Assembly: GCA_051013385.1 (NCBI GenBank)
Contig: CP143273.1
Span: 544,001-608,000, forward strand
Direction: 5' to 3'
Source: Phormidium sp.
GTDB lineage: Bacteria > Cyanobacteriota > Cyanobacteriia > Cyanobacteriales > Aerosakkonemataceae
Length of the DNA stretch: 64,000 bases
Position 1 is the stretch's first letter, and each line of letters begins with the position of its first letter. Of this stretch, positions 10,657 to 19,586 are shown one piece after another. The notes below the pieces were generated by a model that ran no database searches, had not been told where the DNA came from, and saw only the letters and a list, made by a program, of their open reading frames with translations. The position numbers were made by a program, and so were the translations under genes.

Positions 10657-10911
10657 TTAGATCGCAATTCGTTTAGAAGGTAAAGGAATTGACTTTTTCC
10701 CACTCTCATAAACAGTTTCTATCCATAACTCTCTCGCTTCATTAATATTTTCTAACGCTTCCTCTAAAGTTTCTCCCTGACTCATACAACCTGGAAGATC
10801 GGGAATAATTACTGTATATCCTCCATCATCTTCTGGGTAAATAGACATCGGATATTTTAAAGAAAGATAATATTCTAAAGGTTGATTTTCTAGTTGAGAA
10901 TTAGTTTTCAT
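10657..10911 (-). CDS. hicB: HicB-family antitoxin
   Basis: GGYTVIIPDLPGCMSQGETLEEALENINEA. Confidence 0.92.
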   Translation of the reverse strand: MKTNSQLENQPLEYYLSLKYPMSIYPEDDGGYTVIIPDLPGCMSQGETLEEALENINEARELWIETVYESGKKSIPLPSKRIAI

Positions 10912-11152
10912 CTTTCCAATTTTCTAAATCTAATAATCTAATCGTTTCTTCAATATAAGTTCGTTTAACTTTTTTCCCGCCTTGTTTAGGGATAATAATA
11001 ACTTCTCCTTGTTCGTTCTCAAAGGAATGATGACTTCCCCGCGATCTAACTTCCTGATAACCGAACGCTTCTAAAACATAACTAATCTCTTCAAATCTGG
11101 CTTCAGGAGGACGGGAAAGAAGGTATTCAATTAATTTACTTAATTTACCCAT
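10901..11152 (-). CDS. hicA: HicA-family toxin
   Basis: VLEAFGY..RSRGSHHSF; overlaps hicB. Confidence 0.9.
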   Translation of the reverse strand: MGKLSKLIEYLLSRPPEARFEEISYVLEAFGYQEVRSRGSHHSFENEQGEVIIIPKQGGKKVKRTYIEETIRLLDLENWKDEN

Positions 11153-11171
11153 TGGCAGATTGTAGCATTTT

Positions 11172-11474
11172 TTAAACTACGTGGGCTTGGTTGCTGGAGT
11201 TGGTAGCGTGTGATCGTTGTAAGTTATTAATCGTTTGAATATCTTGTTCTAAATCTTCTTCAGTGTAGGGTAAGTAAGCTTGTTCTTGTTTCAAGAATTG
11301 ATATGTTTCCCATCGGGAAGAAAAGTTTAGCATTCTGTGAACTTCACCTGCTCCAATCCTACCTTGACGATAATAATCGGCTGCAATCAGTTCTAAAACT
11401 CTGCGGCAAATGTTGGTGCGTTGCAGTTGTAATTTATTGGCGATATCATCGGGAAGTTCGAGGGTAATTTGCAT
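11172..11474 (-). CDS. UPF0175-family protein (orphan copy, altered C-terminus)
   Basis: Near-identical to 21452-21721 up to TINNL, then diverges; DUF3368 partner absent. Confidence 0.8.
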   Translation of the reverse strand: MQITLELPDDIANKLQLQRTNICRRVLELIAADYYRQGRIGAGEVHRMLNFSSRWETYQFLKQEQAYLPYTEEDLEQDIQTINNLQRSHATNSSNQAHVV

Positions 11475-11552
11475 AAGTTATACTCCTTCTATTATGTTTA
11501 AGAGGTTATTTCAAATTTATTAGTAAATCTGACTGAAATTTGATGGAAATTA

Positions 11553-11801
11553 TTAGTCATCTATTCTTTCCCATAATTCAGAAATAGGTCGCGTTTCTTC
11601 GGCTTTTACTTGTTGTAAAGAGCGTCTTAAACTTGCTTTAATTTCTGCAACAGGGGTATCATCAGGATCGGATTCAGTCTCAGAGTCATTAGTTAATAAA
11701 ACAATCACTTTAACTCGACTTGGTGTAGAAATATTCAAATTATGATCTAAAATTATTTGACCTTTTTCATCAATTGTTCCCATCACTTCAAAGGCTTGCA
11801 T
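11553..11801 (-). CDS. Small hypothetical protein, putative orphan antitoxin
   Basis: 82 aa; C-terminal SLQQVKAEETRPISELWE resembles antitoxins; no toxin gene follows. Confidence 0.6.
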   Translation of the reverse strand: MQAFEVMGTIDEKGQIILDHNLNISTPSRVKVIVLLTNDSETESDPDDTPVAEIKASLRRSLQQVKAEETRPISELWERIDD

Positions 11802-11839
11802 TGTAGTATTTCCTCAAGTAGTCAAGTTAATTAATTTAA

Positions 11840-11998
11840 TCATAGCAGGTGGTATTGATTTGTTGAATGCGATCGCACTAGATAACGCTCCAAGCGAGTA
11901 TTGTCTTGATTTAACAACAAATCCAGAGCTTTTTTTGACAGTTTGGCTGGATCGCTATCCCACCAAATAAACGTATGAGTATCTAACAGCAATTTCAT
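11840..11998 (-). pseudogene. Truncated VapC/PIN toxin, N-terminal fragment
   Basis: Manual translation MKLLLDTHTFIWWDSDPAKLSKKALDLLLNQDN; ATGA overlap with the antitoxin; similarity lost just before HIP1 11869-11876. Confidence 0.85.
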
Positions 11999-12231
11999 TG
12001 CAACCAAAATTCATCGGGTAAAGGCTCATCAAAATCATCACTCATTACCATTGCACCTAAATTTAATCCAGCTTTAGGTGCAATATTTTCCTGAATCCGA
12101 TCGATAGGAGTCACTTTAGCTAAAGGCATATCCCCATCAGTTAAAACGATTTCTGTATCATTCTGTACTAAGGCTAGTAAATCTATGATGCTGATGGAAA
12201 ATTGCTGAATATCAAGCTTTTTTGTCAGCAT
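11995..12231 (-). CDS. Phd/DUF2281-like antitoxin of a VapBC pair
   Basis: EIVLTDGDMPLAKVTP and C-terminal MSDDFDEPLPDEFW. Confidence 0.8.
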   Translation of the reverse strand: MLTKKLDIQQFSISIIDLLALVQNDTEIVLTDGDMPLAKVTPIDRIQENIAPKAGLNLGAMVMSDDFDEPLPDEFWLQ

Positions 12232-12562
12232 TTTTATCCCTCAAACTTTTTAAGTTTTATTGTATGTTACTTTGGTCTATGGAATAGCGTAATTATAACG
12301 TAAAGCTACTTTTGTAGGAATCAACTTTTGGGAATAATTTGATTCTATGTTTTTTTAGGAGTAGGGGCAAGAGGGAGAGGTCAAAAAGTGCGATCGCGAA
12401 GCGTACCGCAAGTGCATCGCACATCGTAAAATTGGCATAGCAGCAAATGCTAGGTTAGCTGTATGTTGCTGCAAGAATTTAAAGGGGAAATTGGTAAGTT
12501 GTCTGATTTTCGATAGGTGAATAGAGCACAGGTTAGGCGATCGCGCTTTTCACTCCCCAAAT

Positions 12563-12593
12563 GCGTTGGCGTAGCCTGCCGTAGGCGTATCGC
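12563..12593 (+). mobile_element. 23-nt element inserted in a HIP1 site (SDR5-like)
   Basis: GCG|TTGGCGTAGCCTGCCGTAGGCGT|ATCGC; inverted relative at 10559-10588. Confidence 0.75.
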
Positions 12594-12664
12594 ACTTTTC
12601 ACTCCCAGCCGACCTAACAGTAATTATATGTTATAATTAATTAGCCAAAATAGCATTTTCATAG

Positions 12665-12820
12665 ATTAAGCTGAGTCATTTAAAGACTATTTCTCAATTG
12701 CATTTTTATCATAACGCTCCTTTCGATCGCTTATTAATTGCACAAGCTATAGTTGAAAATATTTCGATTATCAGTCAAGATTCTCTGTTTAATTTATACC
12801 CAATTAATGTTGTATGGTAA
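12665..12820 (+). pseudogene. VapC/PIN toxin C-terminal fragment
   Basis: Manual translation IKLSHLKTISQLHFYHNAPFDRLLIAQAIVENISIISQDSLFNLYPINVVW*; no start codon. Confidence 0.85.
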
Positions 12821-12832
12821 GAGTGCGATCGC

Positions 12833-13354
12833 TTACGTTTTAGACCCCATGCCAAACCACACGGACGCTTAATCACTTGGTTAGGAGTATATGAAGCGGC
12901 GACACCACAGGTAGAAATGGGAATTGAACCAACGGTACGTTTGGATATAGATAATGAACCGCAACCGGATGGTGTGTTATTAATTAGTCAAGAAAGTGGC
13001 GGAAATTCGATTTTGAGTGAAGATGGATATTTGGAGAGAGCACCAGAATTGGTAATAGAAATTGCTGCTAGTAGTGCGGCGATCGATCTAACGGATAAAA
13101 AGCGTGCTTATCGACGCAATGGGGTACAGGAATATATTGTTTGGCAAGTATTTGAACAAAAAATTGATTGGTTTAGTTTGCAAGATGGTGATTATGTTTC
13201 GTTGATGCCGAATGAACAAGGTGTAATTTGCTCGGAAATATTTCCGGGGTTGTGGTTAGATATAGCGGCGATGTTGCCAGGAAATATGCCACAAGTTTTG
13301 GCAGTTCTGCAAGGGGGAATTAGTTCGGAGGAACATCAACTTTTTGTGCAATAA
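12833..13354 (+). pseudogene. Uma2-family endonuclease, 5'-truncated
   Basis: Frame reads LRFRPHAKPHGRLITWLGVY..TVRLDIDNEPQPD..APELVIEIAASS directly after HIP1 12825-12832; lacks the N-terminus present in paralog 58028-58693. Confidence 0.85.
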
Positions 13355-13431
13355 TTATGACTTAAATTTGATTAAAAATATTATAATTAAATTAAGCAAA
13401 ATCCCCTATAAAATCTCAAATCCAAAATCGA

Positions 13432-14382
13432 ATGACTGTATTTCCTTATGACCAATTTGCAAAAGACTATCTGAAAGAATTGTTATTACCATTAGGAGAA
13501 GTAGAAACAAGTCGTAATATTGCTGGTGAAGTTCGGGAAATCGATGTTTGGTTTGCACCTACGGCACCAGTCACATCTGCAACCGAATTGGGATTACTAG
13601 GACGTTTGGCAGCTACATCGGCGATTTTTGAACCTTTTCGTAATGCGGTTAACCTGGAGGACGTTCGTAGCTGTACGGGCAAATTGTTTGATGTTTTTGC
13701 TTTTTTGGCACGTCAAGCAAGACGAAATGATACCCATGTTGAGGAAACAGATTTACCTCATCTGTGGATTATTTCTCCTACTGCATCAGAGTCCCTATTG
13801 GCAGGTTTTGGAGCTACACTTGATGTAGATAACTGGGGCAGCGGGATTTATTTTTTCCCTGCACATTGGAAAGGCGCAATTGTCGTTATTCACCAATTAC
13901 CACGAACGCCAGAAACACTTTGGTTACGAATTTTAGGGAAGGGGAAAGTGCAACAACAAGCAATTGATGAATTGGCAGCACTTCCAGAAAATGACCCGTT
14001 ACGGGGTGTGGTGTTGGAGTTGTTAAGTAACCTCAAGACTATATTAGAGGTAAACCAAAATTTAGAACCAGAGGAGCAAGATTTAATTATGCGCTTGTCA
14101 CCACTTTACGAACAACGTTTAGCTGAAGCTACTCAGCAAGGTATTGAGCAAGGTATTGAGCAAGGTATTGAGCAAGGTATTGAGCAAGGTATTGGGCAAG
14201 GTGTTCGCCAAGGACAGCGAATTTTTGTAGAAAATTTGTTGAGGGCGAAATTTGGGGAATTGGATGAGGAACTAACGGCAATTATTGAGCCTTTGTTGGC
14301 ATTACCGCCAGCAGATTCTACTACTTTGTTATTGCAATTGTCTAATTTATCCCGTGCGGAATTGTTGGCTAGGTTTAATTAG
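13432..14382 (+). CDS. Rpn-like PD-(D/E)XK protein with QGIE repeats and DUF4351-like C-terminus
   Basis: DQFAKDYL, EVREIDVWF, FEPFRN, PETLWLRILG, (QGIE)n, KFGELDEEL. Confidence 0.8.
   Translation: MTVFPYDQFAKDYLKELLLPLGEVETSRNIAGEVREIDVWFAPTAPVTSATELGLLGRLAATSAIFEPFRNAVNLEDVRSCTGKLFDVFAFLARQARRNDTHVEETDLPHLWIISPTASESLLAGFGATLDVDNWGSGIYFFPAHWKGAIVVIHQLPRTPETLWLRILGKGKVQQQAIDELAALPENDPLRGVVLELLSNLKTILEVNQNLEPEEQDLIMRLSPLYEQRLAEATQQGIEQGIEQGIEQGIEQGIGQGVRQGQRIFVENLLRAKFGELDEELTAIIEPLLALPPADSTTLLLQLSNLSRAELLARFN
14134..14217 (+). repeat. 12-bp coding tandem repeat GAGCAAGGTATT (about 7 units, last two degenerate)
   Basis: Directly visible. Confidence 0.9.
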
Positions 14383-14401
14383 GTTTTGGAGGTTGGGTTG
14401 A

Positions 14402-14506
14402 CTCAGATATTGCACCAAGAGGCAGAGCCTCCTTTGTCCTCGTTCCCAGGTTGAACCTGGGAACGAGGACAAAGGAGGTTCCACCTCCGTTGGTGCAAGA
14501 TCTGAG
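14402..14506. mobile_element. MITE with TIR CTCAGATATTGCACCA/TGGTGCAAGATCTGAG and TTGA duplication, inside a REP-like palindrome (14390-14527)
   Basis: TIRs and 4-bp flanking duplication visible; internal long palindrome 14429-14477. Confidence 0.8.
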
Positions 14507-14536
14507 TTGAGGTATGAAACCCAACCTAAAAATCTA

Positions 14537-15883
14537 TTAATTTTGGCAATAACTTCTCACATATTCTCGAAAAACCGGAGATAAATTAAACGCTGTTTTC
14601 TCGCCTTCTATTGGTTTAAGTAAATAACGTTTATTCAAGGATTGTAACCCATTAATTAAATCTGTTGATGACAAGGATAAACTTTGTCTTAATTCTTCTC
14701 TTGATATCGGTTGATTAAATTTACTTAATTCTAAAAGAATCTGTTGTTCTACTGGGGTTAATCGTTCAAATAATTCACTTAACCGAAATTTCATATCTTC
14801 TGTTAAGTGTAAAGTCTCTTCTCTGACAAATTCAGCGGCTTTGCCAAAGAGAATATTTTTAATTAAATTAGCAATATCTTTTAAATAAGCGGGATTACCT
14901 TCATATAATTCAATCAGCTTTGACCAGCTTTCCTCATCTTTTAAACCTAAGCCTTTGAGAATTTCAGTATCGTCTAATCCTGGTAATTCTAAGCACTTAA
15001 CAGGATATAATTCTTCGTCTAAGCAAGTCATTTCTTGGCATTGTTCTTGACTGATTAAGATTACGGTGCTTTGATGTTCGAGTTCGGTTATTTTTGTCAG
15101 GAAGGTTTTATAATTTTTGGTTTCAGTTTTGTATTGTCCGGCAAATTGTCTGCTTGTAAATAATTCTTGCAGATCGTCAAGGATAATTAAACATCTTTGC
15201 TGGCGGAAAAGGTTGAGTAATTGAGTTAGTTTATTTTCGGTTTGAATAGGTTCGTAGTTAATAAGTGTGAAAATATCAGTAATAATGTTGTCTAAGGAAG
15301 GGGAGAGTTTGATACTTTTCCAGATGATTAGATCGAATTGTTGTAGGTTGAAGTCAATGAATTGTTTAACTAGGGTGGTTTTACCAATTCCACTTAGTCC
15401 TAAAACTGAGATGAGGCGGGGGTTTTGTGTGATTATCCAGTGGGAGAGGGTTTGGAGTTGGGGTGTGCGATCGTAGAAATGTGTGATTTTCGGTGCTAGG
15501 GTTAAGTCGTGATACCCTGTCTTTTTGCTCGTTTTATCTTCCTTATTGATAGATTGATTTGTATCTGTTTGAGTATAAAAGGGACACCAGGTAATATTAC
15601 CATTTACTAAACCAAAAAACTGGGAATTTATAACTCTTTCTAACGTCCAAGAAAAATTAGATTTATTGATATCTTCATTTAGCTGTTCAGATAAAATTTT
15701 AAATAACTTACGACTAACATCTCCAACATAGTTTTTATCATACCCAGATTCATCTGCTATTTGATTGTACGTCTTACCTTGCCAAAGTCCTTGAATGACT
15801 CTTTTTTGTAGGTCGTCTAGGTGCTCTCCTGTTTGTTTCTCTACCAACCGATCTACTAATTGTAAAACTTCTGTAATAGTCAT
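14537..15883 (-). CDS. HTH-NB-ARC (STAND ATPase)-wHTH protein, paralog 2
   Basis: Same motifs; ATPase region nearly identical to 7570-8934, HTH and linker diverged. Confidence 0.9.
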   Translation of the reverse strand: MTITEVLQLVDRLVEKQTGEHLDDLQKRVIQGLWQGKTYNQIADESGYDKNYVGDVSRKLFKILSEQLNEDINKSNFSWTLERVINSQFFGLVNGNITWCPFYTQTDTNQSINKEDKTSKKTGYHDLTLAPKITHFYDRTPQLQTLSHWIITQNPRLISVLGLSGIGKTTLVKQFIDFNLQQFDLIIWKSIKLSPSLDNIITDIFTLINYEPIQTENKLTQLLNLFRQQRCLIILDDLQELFTSRQFAGQYKTETKNYKTFLTKITELEHQSTVILISQEQCQEMTCLDEELYPVKCLELPGLDDTEILKGLGLKDEESWSKLIELYEGNPAYLKDIANLIKNILFGKAAEFVREETLHLTEDMKFRLSELFERLTPVEQQILLELSKFNQPISREELRQSLSLSSTDLINGLQSLNKRYLLKPIEGEKTAFNLSPVFREYVRSYCQN

Positions 15884-16085
15884 AGAGGCTTGGTAGGCTA
15901 AGGGTTTTAGGAATCATAGCTTATTATAAATCGAGAAAATCAGGTTTTTTCTGGTTTTGACTTAAAAATTTTTTATAAAAATCCCATAAAATCAGTTTTT
16001 TTCAGTTGGTAGTGGTTAGCACTAGGGATTTAGTATAAAAATAAAGTTCAACATAAGCAATTGGCAATACAGGAAAAGTTTATTT
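15884..16085. promoter_or_regulatory. Divergent promoter with ~10-bp phased TC(A/T)G-T-tract repeats
   Basis: TCAGGTTTTT TCTGGTTTTG (15940-15959), TCAGTTTTTT TCAGTT (15992-16007), candidate -10 TAGTAT (16031-16036). Confidence 0.55.
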
Positions 16086-16763
16086 ATGGTTGATGGTCAA
16101 AGTGTTAAGTATGCAGTTGACTTGGTAATGTGTATTGACGGCACAGGATCAATGGGTCATTTAATTGAAGAAGTAAAGTCAGCTGCTCTGAAATTTTATG
16201 AGCAGCTAGAAGCTAAAATGAAAGAGAAGACTAAAAGAATTGATCAACTTAGGGCTAGGGTTATTGTATTTCGGGATTACTGGCATGATCCAGCCGATCA
16301 AGTGATGCAATGTTCTGAATTTTTTGACTTACGCTCACAATCTCCCGATTTTGCCAATTTTGTTTCTAAAATTGAAGCTGAAGGTGGGGGTGACGAACCA
16401 GAAAATGGTTTGGAAGCTGTTGGGTTAGCACTTAAGTCTAACTGGGAGAAAGGAGACTTTAATAAAAAACGATACGTAATAGTTGTTTTCACTGATGCTA
16501 GTGCACATAGTTTAGACAAAAGCTCCAAACCTAGTCACTATCCTAATAATATACCAAAAACCTTTGATGAATTGACTGATTACTGGCACGAAATACCAGA
16601 AGCAGCCAAGCGTTTAATATTGTTTGCACCTGACGCAGAACCCTGGACAATGATGAGTAGTAGTTGGGACAATACAGTTCATTATGTTTCGGCAGCAGGT
16701 AAAGGATTAGAAGAACAAGAAATGGATGAGATTTTAAATGCGATCGCCAATAGCCTAAAATGA
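16086..16763 (+). CDS. Stand-alone von Willebrand factor A (vWA) domain protein
   Basis: DLVMCIDGTGSM (MIDAS), GGGDEPE, VVFTDA. Confidence 0.9.
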   Translation: MVDGQSVKYAVDLVMCIDGTGSMGHLIEEVKSAALKFYEQLEAKMKEKTKRIDQLRARVIVFRDYWHDPADQVMQCSEFFDLRSQSPDFANFVSKIEAEGGGDEPENGLEAVGLALKSNWEKGDFNKKRYVIVVFTDASAHSLDKSSKPSHYPNNIPKTFDELTDYWHEIPEAAKRLILFAPDAEPWTMMSSSWDNTVHYVSAAGKGLEEQEMDEILNAIANSLK

Positions 16764-16792
16764 TGCTGAAGCGTAGCCTTTTATGAATAATT

Positions 16793-16857
16793 GTAGGGTG
16801 CGTCAGATTTTTAAGTGAATGGTTAAACAAATAGCTTGACTTTCTGACGCACTCTAC
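16793..16857. repeat. REPIN family A inside the vWA-PP2C operon
   Basis: GTAGGGTGCGTCAGA...TCTGACGCACTCTAC. Confidence 0.88.
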
Positions 16858-16894
16858 ACCTAGACTTTCAACTACATTTATAAGGAATTAAGTT

Positions 16895-18559
16895 ATGGCT
16901 ATGACTAAGTTTAATTTAGAAGTAAATATAGAAGTTGCCGAAGACAGAGGCGAAGATGCTAATGTAACTGAATATTTCGGACAAACGTTTTTGATGGGTG
17001 TTTTTGATGGGTTAGGAGGTGTATCTGCTGGTTATGATGGTAAAACTGGGGGGCGCATTGCCTCAGAAGAAGCTTCTAAAATAACCAAAACATTCTTCAA
17101 ACAATGGCATGGTCAAATAACATCTGAAAATGCCATTCAATTGCAGCATGAAATTTGCGAATCACTGAAATTTAAAGCCGATAATAATATGCCGAAATCT
17201 CGGCTAAAAGGTACTTTATTGCAACACAGGCTTTGTACGACTATCGCCTTGGCTAGCATTAAGCAACAAGGGCAAGAGAAAATTTTTGAAGCTAACTTAG
17301 CTTGGATGGGAGATTCACGAATTTATTTCCTTAGTCCAACTAAAGGGTTACAACAACTGACAAAAGATGACTTAAAAACTCCCAAAGATGCCTTAGAAAT
17401 TCTGAGAGAAGATCCACCTATGTCTCAATGTTTAACTGCCGATATCAAACCAGAATCACAAATTCATTTTCAGCATTATAAAATAGAAGAAAGTGGCTGT
17501 TTTTTAGCTTGTACTGACGGCTGTTTCCAGTATTTTTCTGCGCCTTGGGAATTTGAGAAGTTGTTGTTAGATACACTTGCTCAATCAGAAGGTGATAAAA
17601 AAGATATAAATAATTGGCAAAAATTAATCATACAAAGATATACTGAAATTAAGCAAGATGATGTTTCTCTAATTCTCAAAGCAGTTGGTTTTAATGGAAT
17701 AAAGCACTTAAAAAGTGCTTATCAGGAACGTTGGCATGATCTTCAAAAAGAATTCATTTCTCCTACTGCTAATACTCGCTATGATGACTTACAAAGATTG
17801 TGGGCAGAGTATCGAAATAATTATGAATATTATTTACAATTTATTCAGGATATCCAGCCAATAGCTGATTCTAAACAACAAGTAATAGAAGATGAACTTT
17901 CAATTTCAGCCACTTTAGCAAGTTCAACTTCGAGTAAAGATATGTTCCAAAAAATTACACAATCATCTAAACAGAAAGTAGTAGCTAAGGCTGAAGAAAT
18001 TAAAAATTTGTTAGAGCAAGCTAATTATTGTTATAAAAACTCTCGGTTGGCTGAAGCTAAAATTTTGTGTAATCAAGTCGAAGAGCTTATAAAAAATTAT
18101 CCAGAGAGTCCTGAAAAGCTTCTGGAATCATTACGTAATTTAGCTTTTATTTACTATGAGTTAAATCAACGGGAAAAAGCCATTCAATATTATCAACATT
18201 TTTTTAATATTCCGGGTGCGGAAAAACTAGACCATTGGGAATATGACTTAGAAGCGTTTGTTAATTCCTTGCATTTAATAAGTAATAAAAACGAACCAGT
18301 CAATGTAGCAATTCAATTTTGTAAGCTTCTAATTACTAGGAATTTGCCAAATCAAAAAAAGGCTGAAATTTATTACTTTATGGCTGTTTTAGAAGAAATC
18401 GGAGACCAATTAAAGGCAGCCAACAATAGTATCTATACAGCTATTAAGATATGTTCATCATCTCTGGATATTGAGTATAAAATAGCAAGCAAAATGAAAC
18501 AAAAATATGAATATAAATATCAAGAAATTCACAATAAGTTAAAATACAGGAGATATTAG
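16895..18559 (+). CDS. PP2C-family Ser/Thr phosphatase with C-terminal TPR-like region
   Basis: GEDA, GVFDGLGG, WMGDSRIY, QQLTKDD, ACTDG, QDDVS; NLAFIYYELNQREKAIQYY is TPR-like. Confidence 0.88.
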   Translation: MAMTKFNLEVNIEVAEDRGEDANVTEYFGQTFLMGVFDGLGGVSAGYDGKTGGRIASEEASKITKTFFKQWHGQITSENAIQLQHEICESLKFKADNNMPKSRLKGTLLQHRLCTTIALASIKQQGQEKIFEANLAWMGDSRIYFLSPTKGLQQLTKDDLKTPKDALEILREDPPMSQCLTADIKPESQIHFQHYKIEESGCFLACTDGCFQYFSAPWEFEKLLLDTLAQSEGDKKDINNWQKLIIQRYTEIKQDDVSLILKAVGFNGIKHLKSAYQERWHDLQKEFISPTANTRYDDLQRLWAEYRNNYEYYLQFIQDIQPIADSKQQVIEDELSISATLASSTSSKDMFQKITQSSKQKVVAKAEEIKNLLEQANYCYKNSRLAEAKILCNQVEELIKNYPESPEKLLESLRNLAFIYYELNQREKAIQYYQHFFNIPGAEKLDHWEYDLEAFVNSLHLISNKNEPVNVAIQFCKLLITRNLPNQKKAEIYYFMAVLEEIGDQLKAANNSIYTAIKICSSSLDIEYKIASKMKQKYEYKYQEIHNKLKYRRY

Positions 18560-18565
18560 TAATCT

Positions 18566-19573
18566 ATGTCTTACAAAAAAGGCGATATTATTGCTGGAAA
18601 ATATTTAGTAACCCGTGACTTTGATAGTGCTAACGGTGGTCAATGCCAATGGGGTTTTGCTCTGAATAGTCACGATGGAAAAGAATATTTTGTCAAAAAA
18701 TTCCTCAGTCCAGTCTATCCAGGCGAAAATGCACCAGGAAGTGAAAAAGGCAAACAAAAACGGCGCGATCAGTGTGAGGAATTTGCTAGAAAACAACTAG
18801 CAATTCAAAATGCGCTATCCGCTTGTGGTGCAGGTGGTTCAGTAGTAGTCATGGTGGACTTTTTTAAATATGGTGATGACTATGGTGAACATTTCTTTAA
18901 AGTCTGCCAAAAAGTTGATACCAGTTCTTTATCAAACGAGATACATACTCTAGAGCCAAAAAAGCGTTTATTTGTGATGCTAACAGCAGCGGGTGCGCTG
19001 AAAATTTTACATTCAAATGGTATTGTCCATCTGGACTTGAAACCAGACAATGTACTAATTCAAGAATGGGAAGGAAAACAAGTTGCTAAAATTATTGACT
19101 TTGATAGTAGTATTATTGAAGGAGAATTGATCGCAGCAGAATTTTTAGTAGGCGATCCTGTATATTACTCCCCTGAATTTGCTAAACATATTGCTACAGC
19201 AGGAACAACGCCAGCACCAACTAAAAAATCTGATATTTTTTCTCTGGGTTTGATTTTCTGTCAATATTGGGCAGGGAATCGTCCGATTTTATCAGGAAGC
19301 TATACTTATGCTCACGAAGCTGTTCTTGACGGGAAAAAGATTGAAGTACCGTCGCTTAAAAGCAAAACTAAATTGCGTGGAACACTCATTGAAAATCCAC
19401 TAGATGCTGAAGTACGTAAACTATTAGGAAAGATGTTAGCCTTAAGCTATGAAGAAAGACCTGATATTAATCAAGTGCATCAACGACTCAAAGAGCTTTA
19501 TAATAACGGTGTTTTACCATCTAGCAAAGATAGTATAAATAAGCTAGTAATCAATATAAAACCAAAATTATAA
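18566..19573 (+). CDS. Hanks-type Ser/Thr protein kinase
   Basis: FVKKF, HLDLKPDN, IIDFD, YYSPE, SDIFSLG; atypical glycine loop. Confidence 0.92.
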   Translation: MSYKKGDIIAGKYLVTRDFDSANGGQCQWGFALNSHDGKEYFVKKFLSPVYPGENAPGSEKGKQKRRDQCEEFARKQLAIQNALSACGAGGSVVVMVDFFKYGDDYGEHFFKVCQKVDTSSLSNEIHTLEPKKRLFVMLTAAGALKILHSNGIVHLDLKPDNVLIQEWEGKQVAKIIDFDSSIIEGELIAAEFLVGDPVYYSPEFAKHIATAGTTPAPTKKSDIFSLGLIFCQYWAGNRPILSGSYTYAHEAVLDGKKIEVPSLKSKTKLRGTLIENPLDAEVRKLLGKMLALSYEERPDINQVHQRLKELYNNGVLPSSKDSINKLVINIKPKL

Positions 19574-19586
19574 AGTTTTTGCTGCT

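Noticed and set aside
7570..15883. NB-ARC genes as Avs/NLR-type receptors or truncated WD40 pseudogenes
   Set aside because: There is no sensor or enzymatic effector domain; both paralogs end cleanly at the same position with no downstream repeat remnants.
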